64,000 bases of DNA from Eukaryota sp. TZLM1-RC (Eukaryota > Protista > Metamonada: BaSk clade). Below are positions 1-10,882 of this stretch, in pieces (positions within the stretch are counted from its first letter, which is position 1; each line of letters starts with the position of its first letter). The position numbers and the translations under genes were made by a program. Where the stretch lies: positions 4,307,784 through 4,371,783 of the forward strand of contig JAUPSS010000004.1 of the NCBI GenBank assembly GCA_040285825.1, read 5' to 3'. The notes below the pieces were generated by a model. It did not search any database and had not been told where the DNA came from. It saw only the letters and a program-made list of their open reading frames with translations.

Positions 1-216
1 TCTTAGTGCACATATTGATTCACTCATTTATGTCCTGACCTTTGATTTTGCCAAGATTTAAAGTTGAATTACAAATTAGCGTGGTTAACACGTCATACAA
101 TTTATAATTTATTTCAAGATTTGAAGTCATAAAAGCAAAATTTTATCATACAAATATAAACAGAAAATCGAGCATATGTAACTCACACCAACAAAAAATT
201 GGAAAAATGACAAAAA

Positions 217-1389
217 CTAACCAATTCGAGATTCAGATTCAATTAAATCCTTGGGTACAATTTTTCTGACCAGGGAATCACCCATAACCCTTCGTTCATG
301 ATCAGAAAAGTCGAAAAGGAGCGGAAGCGGTTGTCCATTTGGCAAGGTTCCATCGACTACCCTGAGTTCATCAAAGAAAGGATGTGCCAGTGCTTCATAA
401 GCAGTAAATCTCTTATCAGGCTGATATACTAGAAGATTTGCTATCAAGTCAACGCCATCTGCAGGAGTTTTGGGTCTAAAAACCTTGAGTAAGAAATAAA
501 AAGCAACAAACACTGGACCAGTTAGCATGTTTGACAGAAGGGAAATGGTAATCCGTGTAATCAGGGTTCATGGCAGCAATATCCTTGGGTGATGGAGTAC
601 CCAAAACCTTGATAATTTCCACAAGTTGGTCAACAGCAGACTCGCCAGGAAACAGAGGTTGACCTAAAAAAATCTCTGCAATCACACAGCCGGCAGACCA
701 AACGTCTACTTGAGTTGTGTAGTATGCGGCACCAAAGATCAGTTCCGGGGCACGGTAATATCTAATGTTAGCAATGTTTGAAGAGAGACAAACCGTGAGC
801 ATATATAAGCAACATTTCCTTCAGTGGGGAGAAGTCTCTTGGCTGAGCCAAAATCGCAGAGTTTAAGAACTCCTGACACGGGGTCAACCAGTAGGTTCTG
901 GGGCTTGATGTCCCGGTGGCATATAGAAAGGGAATGCATGTAACCCAGAGATCTCAATAGTTGATAAGCATAAAGTTTAATAAAGAATGGTGCCAACGTT
1001 TGACGTCGTTTGCTATAAAACCGACATATTCTATACAGAGATTCTGGTAAATACTCCAAAATAAGACAAAGATAAACTTCTCCATCTGACTGTCCATTGG
1101 TGTAAAACCAGTGGCGAAGCTTAATGATGTTAGTATGATTCAATTCTCTCATAATGGCAAGCTCTCGGTTTTTAAAATGACAGTTTTCGAGTGTCTTTTT
1201 TAGTGCAAGAGGTTCACCATTGTCAGCCATCCCATAGTAAACAGTACCAAAAGAACCCTGTCCAACAGTTTTCTCGAGAGTTAAGCGAAGACGTTGTCCT
1301 GAAGTGGGTTCGAAAGAAATGGAATCTCCTAAGCGCACTTCTCTCATATAAGGTTTAGGAAGATTGTCATGAGAAGAGCGATGATGCAT
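217..1389 (-). CDS. GSK3: Glycogen synthase kinase-3 (shaggy-like) Ser/Thr kinase; 3 exons, introns 762-793 (32 nt) and 484-511 (28 nt)
   Basis: Motifs [21 protein letters not shown] and KLCDFGSAK. The GSK3 signature YICSR|YYRAPEL is restored by a GT-AG intron (with GCTAAC branch point). The second GT-AG intron restores NWSS|VFRPKTP. Start taken as ATG 1389. Confidence 0.95.
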
Positions 1390-1772
1390 GTGTGGATTTG
1401 ATGAGTTAAATTGGTTTGAGAGATGGAATTGAATTTTTCTGGGTGAAGTGAACATCAAAGAAATTCCAAACACCTAGACTATCTGTCAGTGTTCTTTCAC
1501 CACCTCAATTTGTCACTCTTTGTCTCACATGGGTCTTACGTTACACTATAGCTCCAAGCAGTCGTCATCAAGCATCCTCTATTGTGCTATTCATTTTCAT
1601 TATGTGGTGCAACACTGAAGTTCTTTTCAAACTCAAGAATCTTTTCAGTGACCTTTATGAATTCTTATGAAATGCTTAAGTTCCTTATATTAATTTTATA
1701 TTCTATTATATCTGCAATATCTAATAGCTATCCTGAGAGCATCTCCTTGACCACATACCCATTTTAAACGTG

Positions 1773-1844
1773 TCTCTCATAGTGTAATGGCTAGCACGCC
1801 AGACTTTGAATCTGGCAATCTGAGTTCGATTCTCAGTGAGAGAA
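1773..1844 (+). tRNA. tRNA-Gln (anticodon TTG)
   Basis: Acceptor stem TCTCTCA/TGAGAGA; D-arm AGTGTAATGGCTAGCAC; anticodon arm CCAGA-CTTTGAA-TCTGG; T-arm CTGAG-TTCGATT-CTCAG; followed by a T-run. Confidence 0.95.
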
Positions 1845-2149
1845 TGTTTTGGTCACCGTTGGTTGAAATCAGTTAAAATGGCTCACATTAATAAAAGCCG
1901 TATGGTGTGATTTTACTGTATGGTAGGATTTCTGCCAGTGGTTATTTATGGAATTGCCAACTCATATGATAATATTGGATCTTGTTAATTGTGAATAATG
2001 GCCTACCGATTGGCTATTCTCCAGCAGGACAATGTGATAAATGAATCTGTTCTTCTTCTCACTAATTACAGTAGCGATGCTCTTAATTTTTTGGTTGGTG
2101 ATTATGATATGTGCCTGAAATTTTCAACGAATTTCAAGGGATTATAGGA

Positions 2150-2640
2150 AAAAATGAAAATTGAACTTAATTCAATTTCTTTAGATTTCGAAAAGCATAT
2201 TAGATTTTTCAAAACTGCAAATTTAAAAGAGATCAGTCTGGAATTTCTGGAGTTGGAAAAGGGAAACATTTGGTTAAAATTTGGGAGTGGTAATCATTCA
2301 AGCTTAGAGGATAACTCATTTAAATATGGGCTGGTATTAGGATCCAACAATTGACAATCTTCAGGATATCTACGAGAAAATTCATAGATGCAATTTTTGC
2401 CCCCACCCAGAACGCTGAATGGCATAAAATAGAGAATTTTGTACATCCAACACCTCCAGATTTTTCTGAAGAAAATAGATGATTTTTTCACAATCCTTGA
2501 TGTACATACAAGAAATGAACTCAGAATTCTGTCCTTAATGAATTGACCGGCGATCACCAAAAATTTGATGCTATGTAATAAGCGCAAGATCTCAAAACAA
2601 GGGCTATTCTCCCAGCATAACAGATTTTAAGCACTGTTAC
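2150..2640 (-). mobile_element. Degenerate fragment of a CRE-like non-LTR retrotransposon (post-RT region)
   Basis: Translation LGGGKNCIYEFSRRYPEDCQLL resembles FVGGCRNAIFEFSERFADWEDLL of the element at 4700-5665. Boundaries approximate. Confidence 0.6.
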
Positions 2641-2699
2641 AAAAGAACTTCAAAAAATTGTATGAAAAAAATTTTCTTCCTTCTTCTACATATAACCGT

Positions 2700-5600
2700 T
2701 TAACTTAAAACCTGGCTGAACCGCGATCATTGCTTCTATTCTTTCTTGTTGATGCCTGAATCAGTTTCTGATTCTAATGGAGTCAAAAGAAAGAACGATA
2801 GACAACAACATGCTCAAGACGTCCTTTCCACCTCTCCTCCTCAACCTCTTCTCTCTTCATATTTGGACAAAAAAAATTCTGATCAAGAATTTTTAGACAA
2901 TCGCGATGAAAACAAAGTTTGTTCAAAAACAAAGCCACGCTCCTACAGATGCTCAAAGTGTCCACAACAGGGACATAATGCTCGAACATGCCCCAATGTT
3001 GGAAAAAATGATGTGGCAATTTCTGAAACAAAATGTAAAAGAAAATTTATTAGAAGGAAAGAGTCTAAGGTAGAACCCATAAATGATGCTCCACCAGTTG
3101 TTGCAAAACCAGTTAGCAATCGATTGAAGCACAAAACTTGCAACAATTGTGGTATTTCTTTTAGAAAAAATGCAAAAGGAAAAACTTCTGATCGATGCTT
3201 GAAATGCCGCATAATTGATAACTACCATCCTCCTATAAGAATACCTCAAGAAATTCATGCGACCAAATGCAATGAATTTGCTTTCGTTTTTCAAAGATTT
3301 TTGGATCAATTATTTTAAAAAAAGTATGCTATCAATATTATTTGGGAATTTTTTCGGTTCTTTTTGTCCTCCTTTTGAACAAAATTTTGTAAATATTTCC
3401 GAAGATTTAACTAATATAGCACCGAGAAATCAGTCATCCGAGAAATTAAGTAAAATTTTTGAAGACAAATGCTTTGACAAAAAATGGTCCAAGGCTTTGT
3501 CAGCTTTAAGTCCCGGAGTTAAAGCACCCAACAATGAAAATACAATAGATAAACTAAAAATACTTCATCCTTATGAAGATTCTATAATGGATCAAAATTT
3601 TTACGGCACATACTGGGAAAATTATCCATTCATGCCATCAGAAGTTTTTTCGGTTATCAAAAAGAGACCACGTGGTAAGTCTGCCGGACTTTCTGGTATT
3701 ACTATTGATCATGTAAAAGCCGCAATTATTTCTTCAGAAGATTGCCTTGGTTTATTGACCAAATTTTTCAACCAAATATTATCTGGTCAACTCAAATACC
3801 CAGAAGAATTAAGAAGTTCTCGTTTGACTGCACTTGTCAAAAATTCAAAAATGGATGTTCGTCCTATTGCAGTCTCTGAGAGCTTACACAATATTTTTTC
3901 TGCGTGTTGCTTAAGCAAGTTCAATGAAAAAGCTAAAAAGATTTTATTACCCTTTCAATATGGTATAAATACTACAGATGGAGTCTCTTCAGCGATTTTT
4001 GCTACTGATGTTTTATTTCGCCAAAATGAATCCAATGTTTGTATGTCATTGGATTTTAGTAATGCTTTCAATTCACTAAGTCGTCGCAGTATCCATGGTG
4101 CTCTATTGCAATATATGCCGGAATTAATACCGTATTTTCAATCAAGATATTGCACATATTCTAATTTACATTTTGGTAACAACATTTTGAGTTCATCAAG
4201 TGGCGTAAAGCAAGGAGATCCGTTTTGGACCTCTTTTGTTTTGTTTGGACATTCATCCTATTTTACTGCAAATTCAAGAGATGTTTCCTTCACTAAAAAT
4301 GATTGCATATATGGATGATGTTGTGCTTATTGGTGATTTAATTATTGTGAAACAAGCAACTGTATGTTTTAAAGAATTATTTACCAAAATTGGTCTCCGA
4401 CTTAATTTACTTAAATGTGTTTTGTTATCGAATTCTCCAGTTTCCACAATAGTTGATGATATTGAAATTCAAGCCAAATTATATTCAATTGATGCTATTC
4501 GTCATTTGGGTTCGTTTTCAGGAAATAATGATGAAGTTACCAAAAAATTGTTTGAAAAGTTGCACTCAATTTCTGACAAAATTGACCGAATGATGAATTT
4601 AGACATAAAAAACACATCAAATTTACCATTATAAGACTGTGTTTTAGTTCCAATTTTAATCATATATTTCGATCTACAAATCCTCTCGTCACTAGACCTT
4701 TGGCTCAAAAGTTTAATGAGTTACGTGCAAAAGTTCTGTCTCAATTACTGGGATGTAAAATGTTTCAAATTCCAGATCATGCTTACCTTAGTCCACATTA
4801 TGGTGGTTTAGGGTGGACGAAGGCTTCTATTCTTACCTCGTGTGCTTTTGTTGGTGGATGCAGAAATGCAATTTTTGAGTTTTCCGAAAGATTTGCAGAT
4901 TGGGAAGATTTATTGATGACAACGCAAAGTTCCACTGTTTTTGCATTAAATGAAGAAATTTCAAGAATTGATGTAGAAAAATGGGGTCGATGTTTTCCCC
5001 AATCATTCAATGGCAATATTCCAGAACAAAATGTTTTAAATTTCAAGTACACTCTTCGAACATTACAGAAAAGATTGACTGGAATGTATGAAAAAGATCT
5101 TTATAATAATATATGCAGCTCGGCTGTTTTAAATCAAGATCTTCACTCATTGTTATTGGAAAAGGGTGTTTGTGAAAACAAGTCGTCGGATTCTTCACTT
5201 TTTGTAACCATTGTACCACGAAGATTTGGATTGTGTGCCACTAATGAAGCATTTGTCACAAAAATGAGATTATATTTGAACATCCCCATTAACCAATTAT
5301 TATCAAAAGAAAAATGTATTTGTTCGAATTCACCTCAACTCACTTTGCGCCATGCTCTGAATTGCTCTAAATTGATAACTTATCGTTCTTCATTACATGA
5401 TGCTGTTAGAGACACTGTTTTCAATATGGCACAAACTGCAAGGATATCGTGTATCAAAGAGCCCCTGCTGAAGGAAACACTTTCTCTGAATAATTTTGGT
5501 TCTGATGATAGAGGTGATGTTTACTGTGATTGGATTGATAATTCTGAAGCTATTGTTGACTTTGTCTCATGTAATGTTGCAAATGATACTTTGGTTCACA

Positions 5601-6003
5601 GAAGAAAACTTAATCCGGTGGCTGCTCCGGTTTTTAAAGCAAAAGAGAAACATAGAAAAATATGATAAAGATATTGAAGAGGCAAATGTCGATAGAAATA
5701 CACAGCTGGTTTTTATTGCTTTCCCATTTTCGATAAATGGAAGATTATCATTTGAAGCAGAAACTTTTTTGGATGACTTCCAAAAATGGTGCAAGAAAAA
5801 ACAATGAAAAGATTTGATATTTTTTTATGGCGTTCACGGATTCAATTTGCCATTATTAATAGATTACCCGGTTTTTCAATCGAATTAGAGAAGCTTTAGC
5901 TAGACAGCAAGCAAATCAAGATTTTGTTGAGGAAATCTTGGTTCAATGATAGTCGTCCCATTAGTTATGATTTAATTTAATTAAGTGTGCAAATTCAATA
6001 AAT
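2700..6003 (+). mobile_element. CRE-clade (REL-endonuclease) non-LTR retrotransposon, near full length, frameshifted
   Basis: N-terminal zinc knuckle CSKCPQQGHNARTC and a C4 motif. RT motifs RPIAV, QYG, LDFSNAFN, GVKQGDP, AYMDD, HLG, YGGLG. C-terminal CxC..H..C plus HDAV-EP-RGD-VD-KxxKY restriction-like endonuclease. The 3' UTR is shared with the copy at 24588. The 5' boundary is approximate. Confidence 0.88.
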
Positions 6004-6929
6004 TAATCTACATTGAAAAATTGTCGAAAATTTGTGAAAATTACATTTTGATGTTAGACTTGGCTTGAAAATGTGAATTAAAAATTATTCACCACTAAAT
6101 ATAACTTGAAAACAAAAATCTATTTCGCTAAAAGACACGATTGAAAGTTCATCCAGTTCTTTCCTTTACAACTACGCTGAAATTTACAGTGAATACCAAA
6201 GTAGTCTGACTCAAAGAACCGAGCAAAGAAGAAACAAAAGGACAGAATTTATATGGGACACAAGAATATTCACTGACCGAAGAGATAGGTTTTGTGTAAT
6301 TGGCAATTTTGTGTATTTCCTCAGCTGGAAGAGGTTTATTGGCATCAGAATCAATTAAATGTGCATCAGAAGAATTAAAAGGGTCTATGGAGATGGTCTA
6401 AAAAAAGGTGTGAAGCTTCATTTAGACCAAGAACAACCAAATCATCTCCTGTCAAACCTATAGTTGCCTTTTTCTAATGAATATTATCAATAACACTGTT
6501 TTTTTATTAATATTTACAATTCTGTTCATTTAAAACGCCGAGGAGTCCCCAAGGCGTGATTAAGTATAATCAACAAGTATGTTTTAAACGACAACTGCTT
6601 TTAAATGAAAATATCCGGTAAAAACAAATTGTCCACCAATTACAATTATCCAATCAAAAATGTAGGAACAGCAATGAGTAACTGAAGGTACGCAGTAACA
6701 AAGTTATCACGTTCAAGGAAAGACAAGGTGTCATACTTCCTTTGGATTTATGGGTTGAAAAAAATAATATAACATCTAATATACAACATAAAAACCATAC
6801 ACATGGTTCTTCTCTCTACTGGTTACTTGTATAAACAATGTCGAATGGTGGTAAAGTCAGCCAAAAAGTCCATGATCGAAAGTTCTGACAGATCTTTCTC
6901 TTTGAACATAGGATTTGTACAACATCACC

Positions 6930-7430
6930 AATTAATTTAATTAATTTAATTAATTTAATTAATTTATATTGATGAAGTAAGCTTCAGAACAAAGGGTTGG
7001 TCACCCCAAGGACAAGCTCCTATAAATACTCAACTTGGAAGTAATCACCTTCTAATTTGCTGCTGTGTGGCCGTCAACATGAATGGTTTTGTTACCGTTC
7101 GCCATTTAAGAAAAACAACTTTGCTTTATATTTATCAATTTTAGCTTTTTTTTAGCACCAAACTGAGGATTCTTGTATGTTGAATGTGCTAATGGTTTAA
7201 AAGAATCATTACACACATAAGTAGATCTCATATCAGTAATGATAGTCCTCCCTTCAAGACCCTCAAGCATTAAATCACCTCTATTTCGACCAAATGAATT
7301 CAAAATATTTTCATCAATCAAACGAGACAGCAATGTTTCTAAATAGGAAACAGTTCTGTGTGACTTTGACATACAATGAAGTTGATCCCTTAGTGCATCA
7401 TGAACTTCTGATCGGAAGGTAATAAAGCGT
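6930..7430 (-). mobile_element. 5'-truncated REL-domain retrotransposon fragment ending in an (AATTAATTT)4 tail
   Basis: FRSEVHDALRD...RGDLMLEGLEGRTIITDMRS matches the REL endonuclease motifs; four 9-bp units at 6930-6965. Confidence 0.7.
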
Positions 7431-7488
7431 TCACAAAATAAAGCGTTTGTATGGAAAATTATTAGCAGTGTGTGGAAGAAACAAAAAA

Positions 7489-7561
7489 TGCTTCTTGTGA
7501 GGATCGAACTCACGACCTCAACATTATGAGTGTTGCGCGCTACCTACTGCGCTAAAGAAGC
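7489..7561 (-). tRNA. tRNA-Met (CAT), elongator type
   Basis: Reverse complement GCTTCTTTAGCGCAGTAGGTAGCGCGCAACACTCATAATGTTGAGGTCGTGAGTTCGATCCTCACAAGAAGCA folds as a cloverleaf; G1:C72 pair and TTCG T-loop. Confidence 0.95.
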
Positions 7562-8110
7562 TACATGTAATTAAGGTTTATAAAATTTTTGATCCATATA
7601 TTTCCAAAATTTTGAAAATCGTTTGAATAGAAATTCGCAGAAACCACAAAAATTACCTGAAAACAGTTAAAAAAGGAGAGTGAGGAGAAAAATTGGAAAA
7701 AGGAGCAGACCAAAACAAAATACCAAATATTGTGAATAACAACTATCAGTTTCCTCAAAACAACAAAACTCTTTTTAGCATTTTTCGCTTTATTCCACCA
7801 AGAAACAAAACAACAAACATTAAGACTATAACTTAAAATTTAAAACTTAGCACGATTACCATGGACAACTTTGACGGCAACAAGTTTCCATAAAAAATTG
7901 GGAAGATCTCTACAAACGACAGCTGAAGGTAGATCTCGTGGAATCAAGGCAAGGGAATCTGGTTAACCAAGAACTGTCAGTTGTGTTGTCTGCAGTGCGT
8001 TTACTCACCAGAAACTTACAGAACACAAAGGTATTCCGAAAAATACCAGAAAATACCAAAAGAATACCAAAAACAGGGTGTTTGGTTTTTTCAGTTTACT
8101 ACAAAACAGC

Positions 8111-8145
8111 ATACCATACCATACCATACCATACCATACCATACC
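8111..8145 (+). repeat. (ATACC)7 pentamer tandem repeat, with dispersed AATACCA motifs at 8042-8070
   Basis: Read directly from the sequence; resembles subterminal repeats of a DNA transposon. Confidence 0.85.
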
Positions 8146-8177
8146 AAGGGGTTTTTGGTATTGCCCACTATGCTTTC

Positions 8178-8310
8178 TTGAAACCTTTGTTGTTAAATCT
8201 GTTTGATGCTGAGGGTGATTTTCATAAGAATAAAAGAGGTGATGTCATATTACATGGCTTAGATGGAACCTTAATTGTAGTGGATGTAACATCTGTTGAT
8301 CCTTGTACTG
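8178..8310 (+). mobile_element. REL endonuclease fragment of a CRE-like element
   Basis: LKPLL...KRGDVILHGLDGTLIVVDVTSVDP. Confidence 0.65.
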
Positions 8311-8338
8311 TAATCGATTGTAATCAATCTTTGTTACA

Positions 8339-8590
8339 TCAATTACGAACACAATCTTCAATTTGTCTAGGAAAAAGTATCCTGGTCAAACTTTCAGATT
8401 CCACAACAGTAAAAGCTAATGGAAGTGTATGGCCTTGTGCGTCAGTAGGTGCTGCTAATAGAATAATCTTGTGCTGTGTTTTGATAAAAGTTCCGTCCAG
8501 GGCCATAGTGGGCTTACAGTATTGAAGTGCCTTTACAAACTGTACTTCTTGTTTTCCTACATCTGTACATGATAGTTCACAAAAGCACAC
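8339..8590 (-). mobile_element. Mutator (MULE) transposase core fragment
   Basis: YCKPTMALDGTFIK...LLAAPTDAQGHTLPLAFTVVESE is the canonical MULE D-G-T / PLAF..VE.E segment. Confidence 0.8.
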
Positions 8591-10264
8591 TGAATGAGTT
8601 CATTATGATTATTAGCATTACCTAGCTGTTGACACATGTAGAACGGTTGGTTCTTTCTTGACTACAAATACCACACCCACAATGTCAGACGATTGTCCTA
8701 GTTGAGGTTCATTTAAACTGTTGAACAATTGTTGTTTTTTGCTCAAGTAGAACTTCTGTCATCCTCAGCAATTGAGCATCAGTCATTTGGGCCGTTGCTG
8801 CAGTAAATTTTTGAAATATCTGTCAACATGTTGGTCATTGACATTAGGTCGTATCGGAGCTTATGAATCCTGTAAATTTCAACGCGGATGAAATTGTTCT
8901 ACTTTAAGGAGAGAAAATGAGTATAATTGTTCCTTGACAGTGTAGATACAAAGAATTTCCAGTGTTGTTGGTTGAACACAATGACAGTCTTCTCATCAGC
9001 TGTTCAAGTTTTCTAACAGCATTTGTTTCAATTTCTTAATAACACAATGGCTGAATATTTTTTGATAAAATAGGATTAAAAAATCACAATCGGTTGCATT
9101 TGTTTCAACACCGATAGTTTTTCTTATTCCATTAAATTGTTCTAGTACAATATTTCTGATAGAGTTACAGCAATTAAACAGTTTGAACCTCTTTAAACCA
9201 GGTTTCATTTCAAATAAAAACGACTTTCTTCCAATCTATAGGAGATATAATTACCAAAATAAGTTACTTGGTCAAATGTAAACCTGATGAAATATTGGTA
9301 GTAAATTAATTAACTTTTTTTATAACTGATAACTTTGACAAACAATTGTTGAGTTGCGGCAGGTTCTGATTCTTTGGGATTGAATATTAGATTTCCAAAA
9401 ATTCACCAGCATCGTGTTATTCTTGAAATGACCTGCTGTTAGCCAATATTTTCCAATCTTTTCAAAACTGTCATTACAAGTGTTCCTTTTGAGTAGATTT
9501 GAATACTTGAATGTTGAAAGCAATTTGCCATCAACAAAAAATGTTGAAATTCTAGGGAAAAACAATTTTGATGGAATTCATTAATCCCAAATCACGGTCT
9601 ATTACAATGGTGTTAGGGCTTTCTCCAAAAATTTCGGAAATAATTGAGAGAACAAAATAGTAGTAGGTTCTTCGCTCCGGTATCAAAAAAAAACAAAAAG
9701 CCGATTAGAATTATTTGTTAGTGTCAGTTATTACTATAAAAAGTAGTGATAATTATTGAAAGAAGTGACATTTTATAAGCATTTGTTATATAGTTCGCAT
9801 TCATTATCAAGACAGTGGGGTAACGCAGGGTAAGCTCAATAGACCGGTGATGGTATAAGTAGAGCTCTACTGAAGCGTTGTTTTCTAGATCAATCGGGTC
9901 TTGATCGTCTGGGATTATATCATTAATTGACGCAAAAGAACAAAGGAACGAATACGGAGCGTTCCTAAGAACAAAACCATGCTCAAATAATTGGTCAAAT
10001 AATCAAGAGATGAACTATTATCGGTTATTTTTTGCATTTTACGGTTTTTTAAATACGATTTATCCCTTTTGGAAATGAATATTGTAGGGGAATTTTTTTC
10101 ACTTGATGCTGTGCAGCTCCCAGAACTGTTGTAATGGTACTGTATTCAATTACTGCTTTTATGTTTTCAGAGGATCTCCATCTACGTTGAAGCAAAAAAG
10201 ATACATCTTGCACATGCTCATAATTATGTTGTAAGCATGAAATGCAGTAGTTTTCATTTACGAT

Positions 10265-10470
10265 TCAGTAATCATTGACTAGACTGTTTTTCCATTGAGA
10301 CTGGGTTTTTATTGTGGTACGAGTTCTTTGACGAGAACCATCGGACAATGGCTTGTAAAATCCAGAGCGAGAACAAATGACATAACCGTAGCACTGTTTT
10401 TTGGCCCAACTTTGAAGTGCTGAAAAAAGGTCAGAGGGTGTTTTGAAAGAGCCCACATGAGAAAGTGAAT
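10265..10470 (-). mobile_element. MuDR/FAR1-type N-terminal transposase fragment
   Basis: FKTPSDLFSALQSWAKKQCYGYVICSRS matches the F.s.......YA...GF...rS pattern. Confidence 0.5.
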
Positions 10471-10728
10471 CCGTTGTAAAAGTTAATAAGATCAACAGAA
10501 GAAGAAGATGATTGATATTAGATGCGTGCACACAATAGACAAAAATGCACACGTTTCACATTAATATGCACACGTATTATGACACCAAGGTGAAATGGAA
10601 CAAATAGAACCAAAGTGATTGAACTGAAAGAGCAACGAGTCTGCCCAACAACATTAAACTGGTGTATCCAGACGCATGGATTGCGAAACTCAGACATGCG
10701 ATAGACCCCTAATGAGATAGACCCCTTG

Positions 10729-10882
10729 TGTTAGTCTTGAATAGTATTTATAGTTAATAGTTTAGTTATTAGTATTCCACCTATTAGCTTAAGAAGAGAG
10801 AATACAATTCCTCTTCGTAATAAATTACACTTCTGTTACTCTACATTGTATGTCAGACAATAACCAACAGCCAAGACCATCA
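10729..10882 (+). repeat. 5' LTR (154 bp)
   Basis: 153/154 identical to 17953-18106. Confidence 0.97.

Noticed and set aside
7489-7561. Initiator tRNA-Met serving as primer for the LTR elements
   Set aside because: It has elongator features (G1:C72, TTCG loop), and its 3' end is not complementary to the sequence after the 5' LTR.
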